Assembly: GCF_009914755.1 (NCBI RefSeq)
Contig: NC_060928.1
Length of the DNA: 64,000 bases
Direction: 5' to 3' (one strand)
From: the human T2T-CHM13v2.0 reference genome, Homo sapiens
In this document: positions 30,151-44,229 of the stretch, piece by piece
How positions within the stretch are numbered: the first letter of the stretch is position 1
Layout: each line of letters begins with the position of its first letter
The notes under the pieces: generated by a model
The model's database searches: none
Told to the model about the DNA's origin: nothing
Seen by the model: only the letters and a program-made list of their open reading frames with translations
Made by a program: the position numbers and the translations under genes

Positions 30151-31284
30151 TCTTAATATGTTATCAAGATCCACTGTGATTACTGTTTACTCATCAGCAT
30201 TATTATTCTTAGTCTTATTAGCTATGCTCTATCAACAATGAATTGCTTGCTACTCTCTGTGTACACAATGCTATCATCAGTTTGTGCTCAGAGTCTCTGC
30301 TGGTGTCCACCAAAATAATGAGCAAATTGCTGCAACATGTGTTATTTGTCACAAGGAGAAAAACTTGTTTTTAAAATTTTTGCATAGAAATGTACACTAT
30401 ATTTGGGAATTTTTCTCTAGAGTATTTACCATGTAACTTGGCACTGTCAGCTATGAGCTGTGCTTATTGTTTAATATATGCTGTAATTTAAGCCTTCTAT
30501 CCTTATATAACAGCAGATCCAATGTTGCTCAAAGTATCTATGCTAGACAATGATATTGCAAAGACCCTATGGCAAGTCCTTGTGCACATCTTATGCACAT
30601 CTGTAGATTTCTGGAACAAAAATCCTGTGCTGTTTTTAACTATAGTAGTTTTCCTTGGAGAAATTGCTCCTGGCTAAATAACAACATTTGATTAGACTGA
30701 ACCTGATCTTGAAACACCGGAGAGTAACAATGCAACTCAAAATCAGCCAATATTAACTTGATATGATGTTTTCCTGCTAGGTAGAAAGTTAGGCAAACCT
30801 GACAGCACCAAATAATAGTGTTACATTCAGTGCAAGCCTGAATAGAACCTGAGGTCACATGTAAATTGCATGTGATAATTGCTCACAATCCTAGAAAGCC
30901 TAGTCCTACTCATTGTCATCCCTCTTTCAAAATGACCTATAGGATAATCCTTAAAATAACAGAGTGTAAAAAAATTACAGCCTAATTTTTAGATGGCTCT
31001 GCCTGACATGATGCTAATACTCATAAAAGGTATAAATAAATTCTTCCAAAACAAAGACCATTTTGTTTTCCACTTTTCATTGGATAGATAGAAGAGGTAA
31101 AAACTTCCCAGATATGAGTGCAGGCCTCACTGTCAAAACCTGCAAAGTTACAAGATGGGGATATTTGTGATAAATAGATATGTGGAGGAACTTCTTGCAA
31201 CAAGCCAAAAGCATGAAAAATATTGTGTTCATGCCTATCAACAGGACTACATAGAAGAATGGAAAGGATAACTCTCCTGTTAAA

Positions 31285-31700
31285 TAAAAGCCAGTCTCCT
31301 GTACTGGCTATCACCCATTGTCACATGAAATCTCTTTTCATAACCTTCCATGTTTTTTCTTATCACAAGAGTTAGAAGATGAAATTTACATTTTTCATAG
31401 TCACTCTATTTTGGGCTATGAGTAAAACTTTGGTTCTGACAGTGAGATGCACATTTTTGACATCTGAAAGACAACGTTAGGCAGAAGCCATCATCCAATG
31501 GCTATGGTGGTTGAAAACAACTTTTCACAAATAGGCAAGTTTGTAGTTGTAAGAAGCCACATTCCAATGCCTAGTCAAAAACCTCATGAATGAGTGGCAG
31601 TTGAATTGGCGGCAGCAGAGTAGAAGTAGCAGCATTTCCAAATTGCAGGTGCCGCAGTTTAGCCCTGCATCCAACAGTCAAGTTAATGTCCCTGACTTCC
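31285..31700 (+). mobile_element. Probable LTR33-like remnant
   Basis: Loose resemblance (tgtactggctatc...ggttctgacagtgagatgcac); not aligned. Confidence 0.3.
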
Positions 31701-31709
31701 ATTTATCCA

Positions 31710-31850
31710 TTTGTTATTTTAAAAAATTGATATATAGTAGTTGTATATAAATACTGGGTACATGTGATATTTTGATACATGATATAATGTGTTTTGATTA
31801 AATCAGGGTAATTAGGATATCCATCACCTCAAACATTTATCATTTCTTCT
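31710..31850 (-). mobile_element. L1MA 3' end fragment
   Basis: gggtacatgtgatattttgatacatg...aatcagggtaattaggatatccatcacctcaaacatttatc. Confidence 0.8.
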
Positions 31851-32431
31851 TTTCTTTGAATAATTTTATAAGAATCTATTTTCTTGTTTTAAATACCTTT
31901 CTCCTTCATATATGTAGTGTTGTTTCCTTCTCCTGTATTGATTTTTGACACATGCACTTTTTTTCCCCACCATTTCAGGACTTGTCCAATCTTGTTATTC
32001 TGAAGAAAGTTGCCACATTTTTAGACATTGAGGCTAAACATATGCTCAACATTGTGTCCCCTTCCTTTCACCAAGTTTTCTGTTACCATCTCCACTGCTG
32101 AGTGCCCAGTATTCCAGTGGCAGTAGCTCAACCTTAGCCCACAAATAGTTCCCTTGAGCAAATCAGTTAACTGCCTGGCAGCATTTTGTTGCTTTTAATG
32201 GATGGTCAGAAGTTGTCCTCATTTGGGGGCGAAAGTAATTTAGCTTCCTTTCCCTGTCTCTTGTGTTCTTTCTACATCATCATATTTTAATCAAACACTG
32301 GAAAACCTTCACACATTGAACTACTCAAAGTATATTAATCCTTTTTGGTTGATACTTTTATCACTATTTACTTTTTGGTCTGTATTCACTACAATATTCA
32401 TATTTTCTCAACAGATGAGCTCATCTGGGCC

Positions 32432-32537
32432 TGTGTGTGTGTGTGTGTGTGTGTGTCTGTGTGTGTGTGTGTGTGTGAATTTATGTGTTTGTGTTTGTGC
32501 ATGTGTGTGTCTGTGTGTGTGCATGCATGTGTGTGTG
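32432..32537. repeat. Imperfect (TG)n microsatellite; short (CA)n follows at 32647-32662
   Basis: Direct observation. Confidence 0.9.
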
Positions 32538-34850
32538 GGGGGAGAGAGAGGCAGAAGAAGTATAATGTGGAGGAATTTTTCAAACAGGAAGAAAAATAGA
32601 TAATGTGATCCCTTCTTTCAAATAACTTATTGAGAGCACAGACAAACACACACACACACACAACAAAAAAAGATCATCCATTAAATATATATTAATAATA
32701 TTGTAAATATTGAGAAAAAATAAATAGTTTGGATAATCAGAATTTTGGAGGTTTTCTGCCATTTTTAAGAAAGTAAGGGAAAAATTGCCATATATGCAAT
32801 ACAGGGACATTGACCTCAGAACATTAAATTATTTCTCAATATTCAAATTTCATCATACTTTTAATTTAAAAAGAGCCACGAATAAAAAGACAATTTCTGT
32901 CAGAAACTGTATAATGCCAATTCATGATCATTCTACTTACTTTAGTAATAACACAAATGAACCAAAAAACACAACTCATCTGCCTTGATAGTATTTTCTT
33001 GTAAGTTGTTCTAACAGAGTATAATGATAGTAATAAAAATTCAGAATGAAATCATAGTGATTTAAAATTTCTGCAGAGATAGACATTTTTATTATCTTCA
33101 CACTCCGAGAATGCATGACATTGAAGTTTCCAATCACAAGAACTAAAATTGGTGCTATTTTTCACAAAATAACTGATGGTTCTTATCAATGTGGAACAAC
33201 TTGTACATTAATTTTTCATTCCATTGCTCAGTTTTGCTCAGTAATTTTTATTAATTTAACTCATATCTTTCTGATAATAAAATTAATCTTTTAAAATATC
33301 AATAAAATATGTTATAAATAACTAAATAAACATAAGTCTTTTGGAAGGGAAAATACTTTGGAAAAAAATTCATCAGGTATTCTACCATATTTTCCTCTCA
33401 TAAGCAGAAAAATAATAATTTTTAAAACTGCTCCTATTATCTTTACTATCTAGTGGAAAGGCCTTTTATGAGAATGGCAGATAAATTGTCTCCCAGGCAT
33501 GATAATGAAATGATGTTCTTCTATGCTTTGCTGAGCCAGAGAATGGGCTGAATTATGTTAAGCAATGTAGTGTCAAGAAGAGTTTTGTATTATTTTAAGA
33601 GAAAAATATACATAATCAGGAAGTATAGCTTTGGGCAAGTTTCTAAAAAAATAAAAAATAAATAGTATATGTCATTAAATATTCCTTCCATGTCACATTA
33701 AATGCCCAGACTTCCTTTCCCTTTTGTACTAAAAATACCGTATATCCACTATAGCTAGAGCCCAAAGACATGATCCCTTCTCCTTTTGTGAGGAGCTATA
33801 TCAGTATAATTCAAACTATTATTTGATAGAACCAAATTCTTATTTAGGGCGTTTTAAATCTGGGAACAGATAACACTCAACAGTTCTTGTAGTATAAACA
33901 CTTTTTTAAGGGTTTTCAAGGACATCTATTTTATCTTTCTCTTTCCACAAAACATTTCTATAGTCTACCTATTCTGAATAAGTAGCATTTTAAGAATAAA
34001 TTATTTCCATTTTTATAGGTCCCAGTGATCTGATTTTTTTTTAAGACTCAATTTCTTATTTCATTCTTCACATGTGACAATCACCAATTCTGGCCTGCTT
34101 GGAAATTTCTCCACTTCCTTTTCCTATAATCCCATTGTAAACCAGTAGAAATGCAGTAAAGACCTCTTGGAGAGAGCTGAATTCATTCTCCTAACTCTCC
34201 TCTCACTATTCAAATGTTATTTTCCCCAGGTCTAGCCCACACCTTCCTTCCAGAGTAGGAAATTCTCCAATAAAATCAATCCATTCAAGTTTTTCAAAAT
34301 TTTTATTTACAGTGTTAGTCTCACATAAATTAACAAAATTATGTGATCTATTTATTGCTTTTCTAATGTTTTCATGTGTAATTTTTGAATTACTAAATCA
34401 TTATAAACTTTTTGAAGGCACAATGAATCTTATGTTTTTTGGTATGTTCATCCTTTTCTAGGAGCTCATATGATAACAAAAGGTAATTGAATATTAATCT
34501 CTATCACGCAATGATGCCTCAATCTTTTCCACAAATCTCACAAATTATAAAATTCCGTAATATGTCTCAACACTATCTGGATAAAAGTAATTGGCAGAAT
34601 TCAGGTATTCTATAAGCATTTAATTATTTCAGATTGAATATAAGCTAATATTCTTCATTTTCAAAATGGCAATTCATTAAGGTCTATGATTGGAAGTAAT
34701 AAAATTTTTCACTCTGTGAAAAATTGAAATTCCTTTCATTAGAAAATTGGATTAAAATAATTGAATTTTAGGTGTAGGTCGAACTCAGAGTTCATGAAGA
34801 AGATATTCACTATCATTTTATTTATACCTAAAACCTTAATAGATTCCAGA

Positions 34851-34876
34851 TCTCTCTCTCTCTCACTTTCTCTCTC

Positions 34877-34921
<45 letters not shown>

Positions 34922-34925
34922 TGTA
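34851..34925. repeat. Compound (TC)n(TA)n(TG)n microsatellite
   Basis: Direct observation. Confidence 0.95.
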
Positions 34926-35810
34926 CGCATGTATATATAATTTTTTATATCAATTTAAAATTTTAATGATTTTAATATTCTAAAAGATATGCTTGTAAAA
35001 ACTTTTGCTCATAACAGCACTGTGAAGTTCAAAAAGCAATTGAGTGTCAAATTCAGAAACAAAACACAGGTATTACTGTTAATTATTAATCCAGTCATTC
35101 ATTCGTTCTTTAATAAATTCAACAAATAATACATGTGCCAGACAATTGGTGTATGATTTTTAAAACTCCTATTTTCTTTACTATTTAGTGGAAAGGCCTT
35201 TTATGTATTAAATATTCACTGAAACAAATGTTAAGCTAAAATATATTCTGAATTGTTATTGGATGACTGTTACTTAGCATATATTAAGAATTGTCAGGAA
35301 AGATATCATTGAGAAAGGTGGTCTTGAGCTGAAACTAGGGGTAAAAAAAACAACTGGTGGTAAAGTGGAAAAACATGTTCCAGGGATAAGAAAGAGGAAG
35401 TACTTTTACCAAAGGGAGTAGGGTACTTCCAACTGAATGAAATAATGTCAAAACGTTTTGGGCAGAATTAAAGGAGTAGGAAGGAAGCTTATAGGAAGAC
35501 AATGGAGAAAAATGCTCAAATTATGTAGGGTTTCATTGACTCTGTTGGGGAGGTTTTATGTTAATAAAAAGAAGGCATTTAAATGTGTGTGTATGTGTAT
35601 GTGTGCTTATAACATAATCATGCTTGTATTTCAAAAGAATTTCCTCCCTTCATTAACTTCTTTGGGGTAACTGGAGCTAGGCAAGGAAATAGATGAATAG
35701 ATTAGTTAGAATACTTGGCAGTAAGTAAGGTGCTTTGTAGCAAAGAGGTGTCAGAAATGATTAAGAGGAGTGAATAGGTTTGAGAGATATTTATGGTATG
35801 AAATTAATAG

Positions 35811-36700
<890 letters not shown>

Positions 36701-37103
36701 TGATGTGGTTTGCATCTGTGACTCCACAGATCTGTTTAGTTGCAATCCCCAGTGTTGGAAGTAGGGCCGAGTGGGAGGTGATGGGATCATGGGGGTGGTT
36801 TTGCATTAATGTTTAGCACCATCCCCTTTGTGCTGTTCTCATAATAGTGAGTATGTTATTATGAGATCTGGTTGTTTAAAAGTGTGCAGCACCTCCCCTC
36901 TTTTATTGCTTCTACTTTCACCACGTGAAATGCCATGATTGTAGGTTTCCTGAGGCCTCCCCAGAAGCCGAGCAGGTGCCAGAATCATGCTTCTCATACA
37001 TCACGCTTCCTATACAGAACCATGAGCCAACTGAATCTGTTTTCTTTATAAATTACCCAGTCTCAGATATTTCTTGATAGCAATGTGAAAACAGGCTAAT
37101 ACA
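36701..37103 (+). mobile_element. MSTA-like MaLR solo LTR
   Basis: tgatgtggtttgcatctgtg start; ttataaattacccagtctcag...ggctaataca end. Confidence 0.85.
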
Positions 37104-38169
37104 GAGTACAGCAGGAATGTGTTTCGGACTGGATATGAGGAGAATGAAAAGGGAGGTAACAATGGCCATGCATAGGTTTCTGATGTTCATAATAATATAA
37201 ATACTGCTACTGCTCTCTGAGTCAATGGAATGTGGAAAAGAACTGAGTTTTAAAAGAAGAGTTGGAAAAATCATGAGTTAACTTGTGTACATGTTGAGTT
37301 TGTGGGGTTTTTGCAAAACTTCACGAGATATGTAAAAGTTTAGTAAGATTTTTGCATGTAAAGTTCATTCTTAAGCAAAAGTTGTATTCACTGTTTGAAA
37401 GACTCTCCTAGACTCATTGAGATTGACAACTCATTAAATACTTAATTACAAAATTTGATAGATGTATACCCAATAGAATATATATGTATATGTTTCCCAA
37501 AAAAAGTACCATAAAGTTTAAAGCAAATGAGTTCCAAGTCCCTTCAAATTAAAGTGGATAAATTATAATATATTTACACAATGGAACACTAAACAGCAAT
37601 AGGAATAAGTAGTCCTTAAATCTAGAATTACAATGACTTATATAAAGTCTTTTACTCTGCAGTTAGGTTTCTTCACATAAACAATAATCTAGAATAAATA
37701 GAGTGGAATTGCATCAAAGTGCATTGAATCACCCTCTTATATACACACACTAAAAACAAATGCAGATAAAAGTAAGTGACAGCCATGAAAATAGAAGTTA
37801 TTCTTTGTATTTCTTGGATTTTCAACTCTGAGGGTTGAAGTATAATATTAGTGATTATAAAAATGATCTAAGGAAATGTTAGAGAATTATTTTTACTCCA
37901 CTCAGTTTTCTGCCTTAGATTCTGTCTTTAGAATCTGTGGCTTATTTTAAATATTATTTTATTTTAGACCTATTTTCATGCTTTATAAATGTATGGGAAA
38001 ATTTAATAGAAGGTAATTAAGTGATGTGATTCAATTTGTTTTTTGATAGTTTATTAAGATATAAAAAATACAGAAAGCACACATATTGTAAGTATACACA
38101 TTTGTAAATTTTTAAAAATTTAGCACCCATATTTTTTTAAAGAACATATTTGTACCCTAGAAGTTCCTT

Positions 38170-39390
38170 ACCTCAGCTATTGTGAATAGTGCTGCAATGA
38201 ACATGGGCATGCAGATATCTCTTTGAGATACTGATTTCATTTCCTTTGGATACACACCAAGAACTGGGTTTGTTGGTTCATATGGTAGTTCTATATTTAA
38301 TTTTTTTGAGGAACCTCCAGGCTGCTTTCTCTAATGGCTATACTAATATACATTCCCTCTAACATGTCCAAAAATTCCCTTTCTCCACACCCTTGCCAAC
38401 ACTATTGTATTAGTCCCTTCCCACATTGCTATAAAGAAATACCTGAGACTAAGTAATTTATAGAGAAAAGAGGTTTAATTGACTCCCAATTCTGCGGCTA
38501 TACAGGAAGCATAGCAGCTTCTGCTTCTGGGAAGGCCTCAGGAAAGTTTTACTCATCGCAGAAGGCAAACTTGCAAGCAGGTGTCTTACACAGCGGGAGA
38601 AGGACCAAGAAGAGGGGGGATGTGCTACACACTTTTAAACAACCAGATTTTGTGAGAATTCACTCACTGTTGTGACACAATACCAAGCAGAAAACCCGCC
38701 CTCATGATCCAGTTAGCTCCCACTAGGCCCCCACCTCCAACATTGGGGATTACTATTCTACATGAGATTTGGGTGGGATACAGATCAAAACTATATCAAC
38801 TATCTCTTGTTCTTTTGATAATTGCCATTCTAATAAGTATCCTCTGACTTTGTTTTTTATCTATCAATATTGTGCTCACTATTCTGGGTCTTTTTCCTAT
38901 CCATATACAGTTTAGAGTCAGTTTGTTAATATTTCCAAAGCAATTTGCTGACATTTTGATTTTTGTTTTGAATCTGTAGGTCAAGGTGGAAAGAATTAAC
39001 ATATTGACAATATTGAATCTTCATATTATATACATGGTGGGATTCTCAATTTGTTTAGATATTTGAAATTTTTCATCTTTTTTTTCATATAGATCTTGTA
39101 TCAATATATTTTAGTAAACTAATACTTAAGTATTCGATTTTTGGGGGTGCTAATATCAATGATATCATGTTTTTTTATTTCAAACTTGACTTGTTCATTA
39201 CTGCTGTATAGGAAAACTATTCACTTTTGCATATTAACCTTGTATCCTGCAACTATGCTATAATCAGTTACTAATTAGTCCCAGGAGTTTTTGTGTTTTT
39301 GATTGGTAATTATTTAGGATTTCCTATAGAAACAACTATGTCACTTGTAAATACAGACAATCTTATTCTTCTTTCCCAATTTGTATATAT
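38170..39390 (-). mobile_element. Old L1M ORF2 fragments (L1MA-like 38170-38840; older L1M 38840-39390)
   Basis: gctattgtgaatagtgctgcaatgaacatggg; track ORF 38796-39002 resembles degenerate ORF2 (TYRF, MAIIKRT). Confidence 0.7.
38406..38798 (-). mobile_element. MSTA solo LTR
   Basis: tgtattagtcc...gctataaagaaatacctgagact...aactatatca; perfect TSD ACTAT at 38401-38405 / 38799-38803. Confidence 0.92.
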
Positions 39391-39407
39391 TTCTTTTTTT
39401 AAAAGTT

Positions 39408-42400
39408 ATTTTTTTTCTTTTAACTTTTAAGTTCAAGGGTACAAGCTCAGGTTTGTTACAAAGGTAAACTTGTGTCATGGGGGTTTGTTGTACAGATTAT
39501 CTCATCACCCAGGTATTAAGCCTGGTACCCATTAATTATTTTTCCTGATCCTCTCCCTCCTCCTACCCTCCACCCTCCAAAAGGCCCCAGTGTGTGTTGT
39601 TCCTCTCTATGTGTTCATGTGTTCTCATCCTTTAGGTCCCACTTATAAGAAAGAACATGCAGTATTTGGTTTTCTGTTCCTGTGTTAGTTTGCTATGGAT
39701 AATGGACTCCAGCTCCATCCATATTCCTGCAAAGGACATAATCTCATTTGTTTATGGCTTCCTAGTATTCCATGGTGTATATGTACCACATTTTCTTTAT
39801 CCAGTCTATCATTGATGGGCATTTAGGTTGACTCCATGTCTTTGCTATTGTGAATAGTGCTGCAGTGAACATTTGCATGCATGTGTCTTTATGGCAGAAT
39901 AATTTATATTCCTTTGGATACATGCCCAGTAATGGGGTTGCTGGGTCAAAAGGTATTTCTGTCTGTAGGTCTTTGAGGAATTGACGCACAGTCTTCCACA
40001 ATGGTTGAACTAATTTACACTTCCACTAACAGTGTATAAACATTCCTTTTTCTCCAAAACCATGCCAGCATCCATTATTTTTTGACTTTTTAATAATAGC
40101 CATTCTAACTGCTATGAGATGGTATCTCATTGCGGTTTTAATTTGCATTTCTCTAAGAATCAGGGATGTTGAGCTTTTTGTCATATGATTGTTGGCTGCA
40201 TGTATGTCTTCTTTTGAAAGTTTCTGCTCATGTCCTTTGCCCACTTTTTTATGGGGTTGTTTGGGTTTTCTTCTTGTAAATTTGTTTAAATTTCTTATAG
40301 ATGCTAGATATTAGACTTCTGTCAGATGCATAGTTTGCAAAATTTTCTCCCATTCTGTAGGTTGTCTGTTTACTCTGTTGATAGTTTCTTTTGCTGTATA
40401 AAATATCTTTAGTTAACTAGATCCCATTTGTCCATTTTTGCTTTTGCTGCAATTGCTTTTGGCATGTTTGTTATGAAATATTTGTCATGCCTATGTTCTG
40501 AATGGTATTGCCTAGGTTGTCCTCTGGGTTTTTTATAGTATTGGGGTTTACATTTAAGTCTTTAATCCATCCTGAATTAATTTTTATGGTGTAAGGAAAG
40601 GGTTCAGTTTCCATCTTCTGCATATGGCTAGCCAGTTATCCCAGTATCATTTATTGAATGGGGAATCCATTCCCCATTGCTTGTTTCTTGTCATGTTTGT
40701 CAAAGATCAGATAGTTTTAAGTGTGTGATCTTATTTCTGGGTTCTCTATTCTGTTCCATTGGTCTATGTCTGTTCTTGTTCCAGTACCATGCTGTTTTGG
40801 TTACTGTAGCCCTGTTGTGTAGTTTGAAGTTAGGTAGCATGATGCCCCCAGTTCTTTTTGCTTAGGATTGCCTTGGCTATTCAGGCTCTCTTTTGGTTCC
40901 ATATAAATTTCAAAATAGTTTTCTCTAGTTCTGTGAAGAATGTCAGTGGTAGTTTAATAGGCATAGCATTGAATCTACAAATTCCTTTGGGCAGTATGGC
41001 CATTTTCACCATATTGATTCTTCCTATCCATGAGCATGGAATACTTTGCCATTTGTTTGTGTACTCTCTAATTTTCTTGAGCAGAGGTTTGTAGTTCTCC
41101 CTGTAGAGACCTTTCACCTGCCTAGTTAATGTAATCCTAGGTATTTTATCCTTTATGTGGCAATTGTCAATAGGAGTTCATCCTGATTTGGCTTGGCTTG
41201 ACTATTGTTGGTATATAGGAATCCTAGTGATTTTTGCACTTTAATTTTGCATCCTGAGACTTTGTTGAAGCTGTTTATCAGCTGCAGAAGCTTTTGGGCT
41301 GAGACAATAGGGTTTTCTAGATATAGGATCGTGTCATCTGTAAACTGGGATAGTTTGACTTACTCTCTTTCTTTTTGGATGTGCTTTATTTCTCTCTCTT
41401 GCTTGATTGCCCTGGCCAGAACTTACAATATTATGTTTAATAGGAGTGGTGAGGGAGAGCCTCCTTTTCTTGTGCTGGTTTTCAAGGGGAATGCTTCCAG
41501 CTTTTGCCCATTTAGTATGATGTTGGCTGTGAGTTTGTCATATATGACTCTTATTATTTTGAGGTATGCTCCTTCAATACCTAGTTTATTTAGAGTTTTT
41601 AACATAAATTGATGTTGAATTTTATCAGTCTTTTCTACATCTATTGAGCTATTAGGTGTTTCTGTCTTTATTTCTATTTATGTGATGCATCACATTTATT
41701 GATTGGCATATGTTGAACCAATCTTGCATCCTGGGAATGAAGCCTCCTTGATCATGGTGGATAAGCTTTTTAATGTGTAGCTGGATTTGGTTTGCCAGTA
41801 TTTTGTTGAGGATTTCTGCATCAATGTTCATCAAGGACATTGGCCTGAAACTTTCTTTTTTAGTTGTATCTCTGCCAGGTTTTGTTGTCAAGATGATGCT
41901 GGCCTCATAGAATGAGTTAGGAAGGAGCCTCTTCTCCTCAATTTTCTGGAATAGTTTCAGTAGGAATGCTACCAGCTCTTCTTTGTACATCCAGGAGAAT
42001 TCAGCTGTGAATCCATCTGGTCCTGAGTTTTTTAGGTTGGTAAGCTATTTGTTACCGCCTCAATTTCAGAACTCATTATTGTTGTGTTCAGGGATTCAGT
42101 TTCTTTCTGGCTCAGTCTTGGAAGGGTGGATGTGTCTAGGAATTCATCCATTTCTCCTAGATTTTCTAGCTTATGTGCATAGAAGTGTTCATACTATCCT
42201 CTGATGGTTGTTTGTGTTTCTACGTGGTCAGTGGTAATATCCCTCTTGTCATTTCTAATTGTGTTTATTTTAGTCTTTTCTCTTTTCCTCTTTATTATTC
42301 CAGCAAGTAGTCTATCCAGTTTTTTTTTTTTTTTTCATCTTCTAGATTAGTTGATCTTTTGAATGGGTTTTGTGTCTCAATCTCCTTCAGTTTAGCTCTG

Positions 42401-44229
42401 ATTTTGGTCATTTATTGCCTTCTGCTAGCTTTTGCACTTATTTGCTCTTGGTTCTCTAGTTATTTTACTTGTGATGTTAGGTTGTTAATTTGAAATCTTT
42501 CTAGCTTTTTGATATGGGCTTTTAGTGCTATTAATATTCCCTCTTAACACTATCTTAGCTGTGTCCCAGAGATTTGGTATATTGTATCTTCATCCTCATT
42601 AGTTTCAAAGACTACTTGATTTCTTCCTTAATTTCATTATTTATCCAAAAGTCATTTAGGAGCAGGTTATTCAATTTCCATTTAATTGTATGGTTTTAAG
42701 TGAATTTGTAAGTCTTAATTTTGAATTGAATTGCACTGTGTTCTGAGAGACTATTATGATTTCAGTTATTTTGCATTTGCTGAGGAGTGTTTTACTTTCA
42801 ATTATGTGATCAATTTTAAAGTAAGTGCTATGTGCCAATGAGAAGAATGTATATTCTATTGTTTTTGGGTGAAGAGTTCTGAAGATATCTATCAGGTTCA
42901 TTTGATCCAGTGCTGAGTTCAGGTCCTGAATATCTTTGTTAATTTTCTGTCTCAATGATTCATCTAATATTTTCAGTGCAGTGTTAAAGTCTCCCACTAT
43001 TATTGTGTGGGAGTCTAAGTCTGTTTGAAGCTCTCTAGGAATTTGCCTTATGAATTTGGGTACTCTTGTGTTGGGTTTATATATATTTAGGATAGTTAGA
43101 TCTTCTTCTTGAATTGAACCCTTTAGGATTATATAACGCCCTTCTTTGTCTTTTATAATTTTTGTTGGTTTGAAATCTGTTTTGTCAGAAACTAGGACTG
43201 CAACCACTGTTTTTGTTTTTGTTTTCTGTTTTCCATTTGCTTGGTAGATTTTTCCTCCCTCCCTTTATTTTGAGCCTAAGGTTGGAACTGCTAAGTCATC
43301 CAAACAGCAAAGATGGAGGCCTGCCCCTCCCTCTGGGAGCTCTGTACATGGGACTTTTCAAATCTCTGTAGGCCAGAGAACAGTGGTGGTGGTGGCTGGA
43401 GGCCCCCGTTGGGAGGTCTTGCCCAGGGCAGAATGGGATTGGGGACCTGCTTAAAGCAGCAGCCAGGCCACACTTTTGTAGAGCAGCTGTGCTGTGCTGT
43501 GCTGTGGTACTGCTTCTGCCCAGTTGAGTTGGGCTTTTCAAAGTTCGCAGGCTGGAATGGCTAAATTGCCCAAATAGCAAAGATGGTGGCTTGCCCCTCC
43601 CCCCAGGAGCTCCATCCCAGGAAGGTGCAACACTGCTACTGCTACTGATGGCTGGCTGGAATTCCAATCCAGGGTATCTTACCCTGTGAGGTGCCATGGA
43701 AGTGGGGCCCACAGACTGTCACTGCTCAGCTCTCTGAATTTAGCATCTTTCCTAGGGGTACACACAGGGGTCTAACCTCTTGCTTTATTTGAGTTGCAGT
43801 TACTTTTGCTGGGATGCCCAGAAATCCAGAGTATCTAACGCTCCTGGGTCTCTGTGAGCACCTAAGCAGCTGCTCTGTGGAGACTCCATATAGCTTTGTG
43901 TGTCAAACTGAAGGCCTTGGTGGAGTGCATTCATGAGGGGGATCTCCTGATCCGAGGGTTGCAAAGATCCATGGAGAAGCATGGTATCCTGGGGTCATGC
44001 ATTCACTCACCACATACCTGGGTGGGAAAGGTTCCCCTGGCCACATGTGAGCCATCGTCCTGCTTTGCTTTCCTCAGTTCTCCATGGGTGGAGTTGTTTC
44101 CTTGATTAGTACCAGTGTGAGTACCTGGATGTTTCTGTTGAAAGTGCTGTAGTTACTCACCCCTTTGCTTCCTCTCCATGAGAACCATGCACCTAAGCTG
44201 CTTCTAGTCAGCCATCTTGGCCCTTCCCC
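39408..44229 (-). mobile_element. Old primate L1 (about L1PA13-15) with 5'UTR joined directly to ORF2; ORF1 absent
   Basis: 3'UTR ggtaaacttgtgtcatggggg; continuous degenerate ORF2 to 43278; 5'UTR 43279-44229 ending at GGCCAAGATGGCTGACTAGAAGC on minus strand. Confidence 0.88.

Noticed and set aside
32316-32810. Cys/Val- and His/Thr-rich ORFs
   Set aside because: Translations of (TG)n/(CA)n microsatellites.
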